Shown here one piece after another: positions 1 through 9,362 of a DNA stretch of 32,000 nt (position 1 is its first letter; each line of letters starts with the position of its first letter). Below the pieces are notes generated by a model, which saw only the letters and a program-made list of their open reading frames with translations, was not told the DNA's origin and ran no database searches. The translations under genes were made by a program, and so were the position numbers. Source of the DNA: Pseudodesulfovibrio piezophilus C1TLV30 (GTDB lineage Bacteria; Desulfobacterota; Desulfovibrionia; Desulfovibrionales; Desulfovibrionaceae); the NCBI RefSeq assembly GCF_000341895.1, contig NC_020409.1, positions 1,290,001 to 1,322,000 on the forward strand, written 5' to 3'.

Positions 1-162
1 ACCCTGTGGGATGCCATGGTCGCATATGAAATAGACAAGAACTGGGGCGTCCAGTTGAATGTCAACAATATCCTGGACAGAGTTTATATCGCATCGAGTG
101 ATTATTATTGTTACTATGGACAATCTCGTTCAGCGCTTCTCAGTGTGAATTATCACTGGTAA
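1..162 (+). CDS. TonB-dependent siderophore receptor, 3' end only (gene begins upstream of the window)
   Basis: Frame 1 is open from base 1 to TAA at 160-162. It reads ...GVQLNVNNILDRVYIASSDYYCYYGQSRSALLSVNYHW*, a typical last beta-strand with a terminal aromatic residue. It is followed by fhuC/D/B-like genes, matching the fhuACDB order. It is too short to appear in the ORF track. Confidence 0.7.
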   Translation, partial: TLWDAMVAYEIDKNWGVQLNVNNILDRVYIASSDYYCYYGQSRSALLSVNYHW

Positions 163-169
163 AAAAGAT

Positions 170-209
170 GATTCCCCACCTTCCATGAAGGGTGGGTGGG
201 GAATCTTTT
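170..209 (+). terminator. Hairpin plus T-run after the receptor gene (terminator or attenuator)
   Basis: gattccccacc (170-180) is the perfect reverse complement of ggtggggaatc (195-205). TTTT follows at 206-209. Confidence 0.5.
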
Positions 210-237
210 CTCTCATTTCTTTCTCGGGGAGGGGGAT

Positions 238-1023
238 ATGTTTGCTTTATTGGATGTAAAAATGGTGCGGGATGCTCGTACCATCCTCTCTATCGAGCAC
301 CTGAATGTTCCGACAGACCAATTAACTGTGATCCTGGGCCATAACGGCTCGGGAAAATCCACGTTGGCAAGCCTGCTTTCAGGGCAGCAACAGCCGGATT
401 CAGGAAAAATCTGCCTCAATGGCCGTGAGTTGGCATCGTTTCGGGCAAAGGAGCTGGCAAAAGAAATCGCTTTCCTGCCACAAAAACTCCCTGCATCGGT
501 AGGGCTGACGGTTCGGGAACTCGTTCGCCTCGGCCGCTTCCCATGGCGAGGAACATTCGGTCGATGGGATGCTGAAGATGAACATGTCATTGATGACGCA
601 ATCGAAAAAACCGGTGTAACCCCATTCGCCCAAACCCTGGCAGATCAACTTTCCGGAGGAGAGCGGCAACGAGCATGGGTCTCCATGCTCCTCGCCCAAC
701 AATCCCCTGTTTTGATACTTGATGAACCGACCTCGGCATTGGATATTCATCATCAATATCAGTTGATGGCTCTCCTTGCTCGATTGAATAGAGATCAAAA
801 TTTCGGAATCATAGTCATTTTACATGATCTCAATCTGGCACTGCGATATGCTTCACGCATCATCGCGCTCAAGGCCGGAAAAATCGCATTTGAAGGCCCG
901 GTGGATGTCCTGTTGAATGAACAAAAGTTATCGGAACTCTATCACTCGCGAATTCACCTGATAGACCACCCGGCTCCTTTGCCGGACTCAAAAACAAATA
1001 AAGTAGCCATTATATGCGAATAA
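238..1023 (+). CDS. fhuC: Iron-siderophore ABC importer ATP-binding protein (FhuC/FecE family)
   Basis: Walker A GHNGSGKST, signature LSGGERQR, Walker B LILDEPTSALD, H-loop ILHDLN. ATG 238 is preceded by GGAGGGGG. The GTG at 196 used in the track lies inside the upstream hairpin. Confidence 0.9.
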   Translation: MFALLDVKMVRDARTILSIEHLNVPTDQLTVILGHNGSGKSTLASLLSGQQQPDSGKICLNGRELASFRAKELAKEIAFLPQKLPASVGLTVRELVRLGRFPWRGTFGRWDAEDEHVIDDAIEKTGVTPFAQTLADQLSGGERQRAWVSMLLAQQSPVLILDEPTSALDIHHQYQLMALLARLNRDQNFGIIVILHDLNLALRYASRIIALKAGKIAFEGPVDVLLNEQKLSELYHSRIHLIDHPAPLPDSKTNKVAIICE

Positions 1024-1943
1024 TATACTTTTTTCTCCTCATGGGGACCATCGCTCTCGGCTTTGGAGGACTCTTTCCAACCAACGGGACGGCAGCACCG
1101 CAGGAAATGGGAAGCGCAACTCCCGATTCATTTGCAACGACTCCCGAACGCGTGGTTGTTCTCAATTGGGATTTATTGGAACAGGTGCTGGAACTCGGAG
1201 TCACGCCAGTGGGGGCACCCAATCTGGAAGGCTACAAAAATTGGGTCGTGATCCCGAAGCTCCCCGACTCAATTCAGGACATCGGGACTCGGGCAGAACC
1301 AAACCTCGAAAAAATAACGCAACTGAAGCCGGACGTCATTCTTGCCGCGTCTCCCCAAAAGGACTTGCTGGAAGTTCTGGAACGCATAGCGCCGGTTGTC
1401 TATCTACCGAATTTCAGGGAACAGGATCAGGCCGGACCGGTAGCCCTTGAGCATTTCAGAACACTGGCCACGCTCCTGGCCAGAAAAGAAACGGCACAAA
1501 AAAAGATACAGGCGATGACAGACCGTTTCAGAGAATTGAAAACACAACTCTCTCAAGCGTTCCCTGCACCCATTCGCGTAGTCCCCATGCGTTTTTCGAG
1601 CACCACATCTGTTTTCATCTATAGCCGAAACTCAACAGCACAGTATGTTCTCGAGCAACTCGGATTGACAGCGGCACTCCCTCTTCCACCAACACCGTGG
1701 GGAATAGCGCAAAAGCGTCTCAAGGACCTTCAACATATTACCGATGCGTATGTTCTCTATGTCCTCCCTTTCCCTGATGAAAAAAAACTGAAACAATCCG
1801 TGCTGTGGAGGGCCATGCCCTTTGTCCACAAGGGGCATGTCAACTCTGTTCGTCCTGTCTGGAACTATGGCGGTGCAATGTCACTTCTCTATATGGCTGA
1901 AGAATTTACCCGAAGCCTCATGGAAATGGTACCTGAACAGTGA
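1014..1943 (+). CDS. fhuD: Periplasmic iron-siderophore binding protein (FhuD-like)
   Basis: N-terminal signal-like segment MRIIYFFLLMGTIALGF. RVVVLNWDLLEQVLELGVTPVG resembles the FhuD/FecB N-lobe motif. It overlaps the fhuC stop by 10 nt and its own TGA stop (1941-1943) overlaps the GTG start (1940-1942) of the permease gene (GTGA). Confidence 0.75.
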   Translation: MRIIYFFLLMGTIALGFGGLFPTNGTAAPQEMGSATPDSFATTPERVVVLNWDLLEQVLELGVTPVGAPNLEGYKNWVVIPKLPDSIQDIGTRAEPNLEKITQLKPDVILAASPQKDLLEVLERIAPVVYLPNFREQDQAGPVALEHFRTLATLLARKETAQKKIQAMTDRFRELKTQLSQAFPAPIRVVPMRFSSTTSVFIYSRNSTAQYVLEQLGLTAALPLPPTPWGIAQKRLKDLQHITDAYVLYVLPFPDEKKLKQSVLWRAMPFVHKGHVNSVRPVWNYGGAMSLLYMAEEFTRSLMEMVPEQ

Positions 1944-3925
1944 AAACCCGCCACCTCACAGGACTCGCTATCGTTGCCTTGTTACTCGCTATTGTCAGTC
2001 TTCAAATTGACACCAGCGTGGCTTTCCTTGGACAATTACGAGTACTCCTCCACCCCGAAACAGCGGAATCATACGGAGAAATCAATTTTCTGTATGCACA
2101 GCTCCCAAGGATGTGCATCACTCTTCTTGTTGGAGCGGTCCTGGGACTCGTCGGCAGCCTTATGCAACAGTTGACGCAAAACAATCTGACCTCGCCACTC
2201 ACGCTGGGAACTTCTTCCGGCGCATGGCTGGCACTGATTATCGTCAACATCTGGTTCCCCGCATGGATCGCCGATTACAGCGCTGTAGCCGCCATGGCCG
2301 GGGCGCTGGTGGCCTTTGGTTTTATCGTCTTCATTACCGGCATGAACAACATGACGGGCCTGCCCTTGGTCGTCTCGGGGATGGTGGTCAATATTTTGCT
2401 GGGGTCGATAACGACCGGCATGGTTCTGCTCAATGAAGAGTTCGCGCAAAACATTTTCATGTGGGGGGCAGGCGATCTCGCCCAAAATGGATGGGAATGG
2501 CTTCTGTGGCTTCTTCCCCGCCTCTCTGTCGCACTCTTTATTCTTTTCTTCGCTCCAAGACTGCTGACACTAATGCGCCTAGGGCACAAAGGAGCGGCTT
2601 CTCGAGGATTGGCCGTCATTCCAACTTTCCTGCTCTTGATGACACTGGGAATCTGGCTGGTGTCCGCATCGATCACTGCTGTCGGCGTCATCGGCTTCAT
2701 CGGACTGTTGACCCCGAATATCGCGAGGGCAATGGGAGCGAGATCCCCCAGAATGGAATTGTTCGCAAGCCTCTTTCTGGGAAGCGCATTGCTATTGACC
2801 ACGGACATGCTCTCAATAGTTGTCGGGGTCTGGCTGGAGGAAGTGGTTCCCAGTGGTATTGCAGCCGCAACAATTGGTGCTCCGGCATTGCTTTGGTTTT
2901 CGCGTAGGCGTCTCAAGGCTCAGGACTCACTGAATATTTCTTTGAATCGACATCGGTTAAAGATCTCGCCGATTACGGTTGCCGCATTGATCCTGACCCT
3001 CGTCTGTGGAATGACGCTTTATACCTTCATCCAGATAGAAGGACAGCAATGGCACTGGGGGCTTCCGGCCGCATACCAATGGTTTCTGCGGTGGCCTCGG
3101 TTGCTGACAGCATTCTCCGCCGGAATCGGGTTGGCGCTCGCCGGAACGCTCCTGCAACGCCTCATTAATAACCCCCTGGCAAGCCCTGACATCCTGGGCG
3201 TCTCTTCCGGGGCGACTTTTGCTCTGGTGCTTGCAAGCCTGTTTTTCGGCCAATCAATGCTCAGTACCCATTGGGCCACAGCATTGACAGGCAGTGCCGT
3301 GGTCCTCGGCGCACTCCTGCTCCTTGGCAGGCGACACCACTATGCACCGGCAAGCCTCATCCTGACCGGCATTGCGATCACGGCCCTTCTGGAAGCCCTG
3401 GTTCAATTCTGCCTCGCCAAAGGGACCGCTGACAGCTACCAGATACTCCTCTGGCTGGGCGGATCTACCTATAGAGTCACACAGAACCAGGCTGTTATCC
3501 TAGCAGTATCCATCAGCATTCTATTCATGCTCGGCCTGAGCCTCTCTCGCTGGCTGACTTTGATCACCGTGGGAAGGGATTTTGCCAATTCACGAGGATT
3601 GGGAACCCAGCAAGCCAGTTTGATCTTGCTTATTCTCGTCGCCATGCTGTGCGCCTTTGTCACGGCAACAATGGGACCTGTCTCCTTTGTCGGGCTGATT
3701 GCCCCTCATATGGCGGTCATGCTTGGGGCGCAACAGGCCCGATCACAAATAGTCATCAGCAGCCTGGTTGGAGGAACTCTCATGATCTGGGCTGACTGGC
3801 TTGGACAGGTGGCACTGTATCCAACCCAGATTGCAGCCGGTATCATCGTCTCCATTATCGGTGGCATCTATTTCCTCGGCCTGATGCTTGGTCAGCGATT
3901 CATGGCCGGAAAAATGAAAATTTAA
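1940..3925 (+). CDS. fhuB: Fused two-domain FecCD-type permease (FhuB-like, 661 aa)
   Basis: Two tandem FecCD-like halves, each with about 10 hydrophobic segments. Repeated motifs: LTSPLTLGTSSGAW / LASPDILGVSSGAT and IGFIGLLTPNIAR / VSFVGLIAPHMA. The size and fusion are typical of FhuB. Confidence 0.85.
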   Translation: MKTRHLTGLAIVALLLAIVSLQIDTSVAFLGQLRVLLHPETAESYGEINFLYAQLPRMCITLLVGAVLGLVGSLMQQLTQNNLTSPLTLGTSSGAWLALIIVNIWFPAWIADYSAVAAMAGALVAFGFIVFITGMNNMTGLPLVVSGMVVNILLGSITTGMVLLNEEFAQNIFMWGAGDLAQNGWEWLLWLLPRLSVALFILFFAPRLLTLMRLGHKGAASRGLAVIPTFLLLMTLGIWLVSASITAVGVIGFIGLLTPNIARAMGARSPRMELFASLFLGSALLLTTDMLSIVVGVWLEEVVPSGIAAATIGAPALLWFSRRRLKAQDSLNISLNRHRLKISPITVAALILTLVCGMTLYTFIQIEGQQWHWGLPAAYQWFLRWPRLLTAFSAGIGLALAGTLLQRLINNPLASPDILGVSSGATFALVLASLFFGQSMLSTHWATALTGSAVVLGALLLLGRRHHYAPASLILTGIAITALLEALVQFCLAKGTADSYQILLWLGGSTYRVTQNQAVILAVSISILFMLGLSLSRWLTLITVGRDFANSRGLGTQQASLILLILVAMLCAFVTATMGPVSFVGLIAPHMAVMLGAQQARSQIVISSLVGGTLMIWADWLGQVALYPTQIAAGIIVSIIGGIYFLGLMLGQRFMAGKMKI

Positions 3926-3969
3926 GACGCGTTCGCACCCCCCTCTCCACCTCAAACCAAGATTAAATC

Positions 3970-5138
3970 ATGCACACGATAAAAAACAACCCAATGTACT
4001 CGTTTCTGATCATCCTCACCATCTGTAGCACCGCCGGATTGCAGGCATGGGCCATCCTTTTTGACAACTTTGTGATCAATACAGCCGGGCTGACTGCTTC
4101 CCATGCAGGCATCCTTCAATCCATCAGGGAAATACCCGGCTTCCTGGCAATGTTCGCTGTATTTGTTGTTCTGATTATCAAAGAATACAGACTTTCGATT
4201 CTCTCCATCGCCATTCTCGGAGCAGGCGTTTTCATCACGGGCTTATTACCATCCTTTCCCGGCCTGATCTTCACAACCCTTGCCTCAAGTCTGGGATATC
4301 ACTATTTCGAGACCACCAGACAATCACTCACCTTGCAACATTTTAACCGAGTCCAGACCCCCATAGTCATCGGTCGCCAGATCAGCGTCAGTGCCATAAC
4401 CAGCATTGTGGTGGGCCTCTTCATTTATTTCGGTGCCAACTGTATTTCGAACATACATATGTACATGGTCTTTGGTGCTGCCATTTTTCTGGTTGCCTTT
4501 TTTTTTTATTTACCAAAAATCCGACAAAACCTTCCCGGCATACTCAAAAGAGGGGAATGGTATTCAAGAAAAAATACTGGCTGTTTTATGCACTCACTTT
4601 CATGGGAGGTGCCAGACGGCAGATATTCATAGCATTCGCGGCCTTCCTACTGGTCCAAAAATTCAAATTCTCCATTCAGGACATCTCTCTTCTCTTTCTC
4701 CTCAATAACACCATCAATTACTTTGTCGCCCCATTTATCGGACGAATTATCCCGCGAGTGGGAGAAAGAGCTGTCCTGTCCATTGAATACATCTTCTTGA
4801 TTATCGTCTTTATCTCATACGCACTGGTCGAGTCCAAGTCCGTGGCTATTGGTTTGTATGTCATGGACCATATCCTCTTCAACTTCAGCATCGCCATCAC
4901 AACGTATTTCCAGAAGATAGCGGAACCGGAAGATATCGCACCCAGTGCGGCTGTCGGCTTTACCATTAACCACATTGCCGCAGTGGTACTTCCCGTCGCA
5001 GGCGGCTACTTATGGATGATCGACTACAAAATTCCCTTCCTTGTGGGGGCAGGCACAGGTTTTCTCTCACTCTGTCTCGCCCAGTTCATCAAAGAAGCTC
5101 CCATCCCTTCCGGAGTGGAACTCAGTATCAAGACATAG
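3970..5138 (+). pseudogene. MFS-type 12-TM permease split by a -1 frameshift (track ORFs 3970-4632 and 4557-5138)
   Basis: Each ORF encodes about six hydrophobic helices. They are adjacent, on the same strand, and overlap in frames 1 and 3. Frame 3 is open across 4500-4559 (FFLFTKNPTKPSRHTQKRGM). One extra T in the T10 tract at 4498-4507 would therefore join both halves into a protein of about 390 aa. Confidence 0.55.
4498..4507 (+). repeat. T10 homopolymer inside the split MFS gene
   Basis: Read directly: gcc tttttttttt a. It lies just upstream of the point where the reading frame must change. Confidence 0.9.
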
Positions 5139-5179
5139 CTCCCTGATTGGATAAATAAAAAACTCATCCACCTCAGAGG

Positions 5180-5213
5180 ACAGAGGCTGGGAACGGAATT
5201 CCCCAGCCTCTGT
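5180..5213. terminator. Perfect 12-bp hairpin downstream of the MFS gene (possible terminator, no adjacent T-run)
   Basis: acagaggctggg (5180-5191) and cccagcctctgt (5202-5213) are perfect reverse complements with a 10-nt loop. There is no T-run directly after the stem on either strand. Confidence 0.35.
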
Positions 5214-5755
5214 AAACACTCTGAAAAGGGCACTCTCGGCCCCTGCCAAGCGTATAATCAGGATAGTGAAAATAGGGATATCGCCCTATCGGGCATCCCA
5301 AAAAACCAACTCTATCTTGTTCGGACAGGAACCAAGCCTGATCAAATCCCCACTCGCTCCCGAAATAGTACATGTTGTTAGAAAATAAATCGGCAAGACT
5401 TCAGCCAGAGATATTCAGCGACTGCCCTTCGAAGAGGCGCACGAAGAACCTAGACAAGCCAGCTTGGCAGGTGCTTAAACAAATAGCCCTTTCCTTCAGG
5501 GACTAAGGAGATGAACAGATATGGCGATCCCCATTCGCTCTTCGGGCATGCCCACCGACAGCAGAGGGTGTACTCTGGTATTCATGCGCGGGCAGGGAAT
5601 CCAGCAATTCTTGACACACAATATTCCTCTATATTATTCAGGCTTTTCTATGAGGCATTTGGCAGTCTTTTTGCCTCAAGGAAATCTCATCCCGCCAGAT
5701 GCCGATTCCACAGTCTCTTATCAGCATATTCGAATCCAAAGGCCATCACATATCC

Positions 5756-7675
5756 ATGAGCAGTTCACAGCAGAGGTTCCAATACAGGCCTGAAATAGAT
5801 GGGTTACGAGCTGTCGCCGTCCTCGGTGTCTTCTTTTATCATCTCCATTGGGGGGCTTTGAGTGGTGGATGGCTTGGAGTTGACATTTTTTTTGTCATAT
5901 CAGGCTACCTGATCTGCTCTCTCTTGCTCAGGGAAGCTGAGACAACCAAAAGCATCTCGCTTTCCGGATTCTACTTACGTCGTGTCAGGCGCATCATGCC
6001 TGCGTTTCTCTTTTGCCTCATCGGCACTTTTCCCATGGCGCTCATTGTTTCCAAAACCCATATTTTTACCCAATACAGCCAGTCGGCCATTGCTGCCCTT
6101 TTTTCGGTTTCAAATATTTTTTTCTGGCAACACGCGGGCTATTTCGAAATAGACTCTCAGTTGGCTCCCTTGATCCACACCTGGACTCTCGGCCTGGAAG
6201 AGCAGTTCTACTTCATCATTCCTGTCCTGTTTCTTCTCATTGCCAAGATCTCGGCAAAACGGCGTCAGGCTATTTTCATTTTTCTGTTCATGGTCACGGT
6301 TGCATCATTCCTCACCTGCCGATACGGAAAGAACGTCCTCTCCCACTCATTTCTTTTTTATATGTTGCCAACCCGCATGTGGGAGCTTCTCATAGGCCTT
6401 TTCACAGCCAAGATCCTTTTTGAAAAACCGGAAATACGCACTCGAAACGCGGTGACAGAGCTCCTCTCGATCAGCAGTTTTTCTTTCATCCTTTTCGCAT
6501 TCTACTCCTACCGAGGAGGCTCAAGCTTTGCTGAAAAATCACTTTTCAGTGCCTTGGCCACAGCGGTCTTCATCGCCACGACATGTGAGAAATCCATCCT
6601 TGGAAGAGTGATCAGTTGCCCCCCCATCCGTTTTGTCGGGCAAATTTCCTATTCTGTTTACCTCTGGCATTGGCCTTTTATTTTTTTGGGAAATCTCCTC
6701 TTTCTCCGTTATTCATGGACTCCCTCACCCCTGTCCAATCTGAGTATCCTCATCGTCGTCCTGTGTGTCGGAACACTCTCATGCAAATACATTGAAATCC
6801 CGTTCAGAAAAAAAACACGATGGAAAGAATGTCTCCCGCCAGTCTTGGTTCTTGCGTGCGTTGTCTTACTCCTGTCAACACTTGGCATCACCCAGCTTGG
6901 TGGGAGTCAATCCACCTATACCATGAGTGACACAGGTGGTATCAACTTCACTTCCTTCAAGAAAATGATGCATGATGACTACGACAGAGTCGGCCCCAGC
7001 GACCAGCCACCTCAATTCATTTTCATTGGTGACAGCCATGCCAAAGCCATCAGCCCCGCCATTGTGGAGCTTTCCCGAGAATATGGGATAGCAGGTCTGG
7101 CGGGACTCAAGGATGGAACCGGACCACTGCAAAACATTCGCCGATCGCACAAACTAAATGATCCGCCTGTGGCCAAGCACTGGTTGAACTACATTTTGAA
7201 AAGCAAGATCAAACACATTCTGATCATTGCCAAATGGGATAGATACTTCTTCCTTGATTCATGGAGATATAGTGGCAAACACGGCTCGTGGTCGGTAGCC
7301 ACGGCTATGGCGGAATTGCAGGAGACAGTCCAGACTCTCCTTACTCAGGGCAAAGAGGTGTGGATACTTGATCAGGTCCCGCGTTTCAAAAAAGACCCCA
7401 TATTGATGACAAAGATATTTGATAATACCCCGTGGAAGGAAGACCTTTCCCAACTGGAGAAAAAACATTTTGCACACGAGGCGCTCCGCAATATCAACTC
7501 AACGCACATCCATGTTATGGAACCGTGGCCCTTACTCACGCAGCACAATACGGTCTCATCAGTGCGCCATGGTAGCTTTCTCTACATAGACAGCAACCAT
7601 CCGAGCACGGCGGGCGCTCTTGCAATAAAAGACGTCTTCCGCCCCATGTTTGAGCAGATACAATCAGAACGCTGA
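5756..7675 (+). CDS. Acyltransferase-3 family membrane O-acyltransferase with C-terminal SGNH-like domain (OafA/YrhL type)
   Basis: The N-terminus RPEIDGLRAVAVLGVFFYHL is the AT3 signature, followed by about 10 TM segments. The C-terminal soluble domain has FIFIGDSHAKA (GDS block) and YIDSNHPS (DxxH block). I prefer ATG 5756 over the track start at 5699 because AT3 proteins usually begin shortly before the DGLR motif. Confidence 0.8.
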   Translation: MSSSQQRFQYRPEIDGLRAVAVLGVFFYHLHWGALSGGWLGVDIFFVISGYLICSLLLREAETTKSISLSGFYLRRVRRIMPAFLFCLIGTFPMALIVSKTHIFTQYSQSAIAALFSVSNIFFWQHAGYFEIDSQLAPLIHTWTLGLEEQFYFIIPVLFLLIAKISAKRRQAIFIFLFMVTVASFLTCRYGKNVLSHSFLFYMLPTRMWELLIGLFTAKILFEKPEIRTRNAVTELLSISSFSFILFAFYSYRGGSSFAEKSLFSALATAVFIATTCEKSILGRVISCPPIRFVGQISYSVYLWHWPFIFLGNLLFLRYSWTPSPLSNLSILIVVLCVGTLSCKYIEIPFRKKTRWKECLPPVLVLACVVLLLSTLGITQLGGSQSTYTMSDTGGINFTSFKKMMHDDYDRVGPSDQPPQFIFIGDSHAKAISPAIVELSREYGIAGLAGLKDGTGPLQNIRRSHKLNDPPVAKHWLNYILKSKIKHILIIAKWDRYFFLDSWRYSGKHGSWSVATAMAELQETVQTLLTQGKEVWILDQVPRFKKDPILMTKIFDNTPWKEDLSQLEKKHFAHEALRNINSTHIHVMEPWPLLTQHNTVSSVRHGSFLYIDSNHPSTAGALAIKDVFRPMFEQIQSER

Positions 7676-7962
7676 TCTCACTCCAATGTCACCAAAAGGG
7701 GCGATAAGACTCCCTCTCAACTGATAAAAACCCCTTGGATTCACTCGCAGGGCGAACTCCCTTGACCACAACCGTTGTCATCTCTTCAGACTTGACAAAA
7801 GGAGGCCGCCAATTCATATGTTTCAAACGAATTGCGGGTGCATGATGCCCGCGCGTAAGCGTTAACGACATCCAACGCACTAACTTGTCCGTATCGGGAC
7901 AGGAAAGTGCGTTTTTTTGTGCCTTTCTGTATTCTGGTCGGATAATAAAATATGGAGGGCAT

Positions 7963-9135
7963 ATGCCTCACCTCTCTCTTGGCCGCAGCCTGTTACGAAT
8001 GGGTGCTGCAGTTTTCATCTCATACCTTTCAGTCGCCTTGGCTCTTCCTGTGATATCAGTCTATGTTAGGAGCGAATTCGGCTTTGACAATTGGCTCGGA
8101 GGCGTTGCTGTCGGGGTCGCTTTTATTTCGACAATCCTATCGAGAAACCATGCAGGCTTCTTTGCCGATGTCATCAGCCCTAAAAAGTGCACTATGGGAG
8201 GACTTTTCTGTTACATGATTGCAGCTGCCATCTGTTTGTTTTCCACATCGCCCTGGCTTGCCAAGCCTGTGGCCTACGCTGTCCTGATTGCTGGCAGGCT
8301 TGTCCTCGGCTTGGGAGAAAGCATGACCCTTGTCGGACTGACAAGCTGGCATCTCTCCTTGATCGGACCTCAGAGATCAGGGAAGATCCTCTCCATTCTC
8401 GGTATGGCGATGTACGGAGCATTTGCTGTAGGAGGCCCGATTGGGTTGTCTGTTTACGGAAAATATGGATTTGCTGCACTCATGTGCATTTCTTTTCTTT
8501 TGCCTCTTGCTGGAGGGATGCTACTCATTCGTACAAAGGATATTCTTCCTCAAAAGAATATCCCGCAACAAAGGGCTTTTTTCGGTATTATTCAAACAAT
8601 ATGGAAACAAGGTGCTGTCGTCTGTCTCCAAGGCGTGGGATTCGCCGTGCTGGGAGCCTTCATATCACTCTACTTCAAAAGCAAGGGGTGGCCTTTTGCA
8701 GGTCTCGGTCTGACCTGTTTCGGAACAGGCTTTGTCTTGAGTCGCATTCTCTTTGGCAGTTTACCGGATAAAATGGGGGGAACCCGGCTGGCGATGTATT
8801 CGTTGATGTGTGAGCTGACCGGACAAATACTGCTCTGGGCAGCTCCCAATGTGTACACCGCCTTGACCGGAGCTTTCCTTACGGGTCTTGGCTGTTCCAT
8901 GATCTTCCCTGCCATGGGGGTCGAGGTCATCAAACGTGTCCCCAAGGAATTGAGGGGAACGGCTTTTGGCGGTTTTGCCGCGTTTCAGGATCTCGCCTAT
9001 GCCTTTTCAGCACCACTTGCAGGTTTTTTAGCTGATGTCTCCGGCTATTCTTCAGTTTTCTTCGCAGGGGCCATGGCCGCAGCCATCGGAGGCATAATCA
9101 CAGTCTCCATGAATACGCCAAAGCAAAGCAGGTAA
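7963..9135 (+). CDS. MFS transporter, YhhS/YfcJ-like
   Basis: By eye these resemble E. coli YhhS/YfcJ: LSRNHAGFFADVISPKK, GRLVLGLGES, ISLYFKSKGW, FPAMGVEVIKRVP. ATG 7963 is preceded by GGAGGG at 7954-7959. The track start at 7885 adds an implausible leader. Confidence 0.8.
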   Translation: MPHLSLGRSLLRMGAAVFISYLSVALALPVISVYVRSEFGFDNWLGGVAVGVAFISTILSRNHAGFFADVISPKKCTMGGLFCYMIAAAICLFSTSPWLAKPVAYAVLIAGRLVLGLGESMTLVGLTSWHLSLIGPQRSGKILSILGMAMYGAFAVGGPIGLSVYGKYGFAALMCISFLLPLAGGMLLIRTKDILPQKNIPQQRAFFGIIQTIWKQGAVVCLQGVGFAVLGAFISLYFKSKGWPFAGLGLTCFGTGFVLSRILFGSLPDKMGGTRLAMYSLMCELTGQILLWAAPNVYTALTGAFLTGLGCSMIFPAMGVEVIKRVPKELRGTAFGGFAAFQDLAYAFSAPLAGFLADVSGYSSVFFAGAMAAAIGGIITVSMNTPKQSR

Positions 9136-9233
9136 GGAAAATCACTCTATCGCTTTATTGCTCTGATTCTGATTTCTTTTGCCCGACGTCACAATCCAGA
9201 GGTCTTGCGATGTTCAACAATCCCCGTATCAAG

Positions 9234-9280
9234 CAGGTAAGGATTTGGGTTTCAAATCACCAAAATTCTTACCTGTTTTT
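9234..9280 (+). terminator. Rho-independent terminator of the MFS gene
   Basis: caggtaag (9234-9241) pairs with cttacctg (9268-9275). The stem extends inward to about 17 bp with one mismatch and one G-T pair. TTTTT follows at 9276-9280. Confidence 0.7.
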
Positions 9281-9362
9281 CAAAGCAGAACAAACACTCT
9301 CCTCAATGAGTGAAGTTCCAGGAGTTGCAAGGACTGATTGAAAGCTCCATCTTCACAAAGGG

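Noticed and set aside
196-237. Upstream alternative starts in the track: 196 (fhuC-like), 5699 (acyltransferase), 7885 (MFS), 21721 (ABC) and 25888 (receptor).
   Set aside because: In each case a downstream start has a better Shine-Dalgarno sequence, gives a sensible N-terminus (signal peptide, or overlap-coupled to the upstream stop), or avoids running into the neighbouring gene or hairpin.
2275-2916. 213-aa minus-strand ORF and several other ORFs of 60-150 aa within 196-3955.
   Set aside because: They are antisense or off-frame relative to the well-supported fhuC/D/B-like genes. Their Arg/Ser/Pro-rich composition is typical of shadow ORFs.
5521-5793. 90-aa ORF with AAGGAG 10 nt upstream of its ATG.
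   Set aside because: I recognise no family. It overlaps the start of the acyltransferase gene and its composition is unremarkable. It is kept only as part of the note on the unexplained gap.
7895-7930. Imperfect hairpin ACAGGAAAGTGC-GTTTTTTT-GTGCCTTTCTGT upstream of the YhhS-like MFS, considered as a terminator or attenuator.
   Set aside because: The stem needs a bulge, the T-run is in the loop rather than after the stem, and the site is 220 nt downstream of the preceding stop codon. This is too weak to call.
9127-9243. Direct repeat AGCAGGTAAGGA (9127-9138 and 9232-9243), each followed within 20 nt by AAATCAC. It could be a small duplication or an attachment-site-like repeat.
   Set aside because: It is short. 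One copy overlaps the MFS stop codon and the other is the terminator stem. No integrase or mobile-element gene is nearby.
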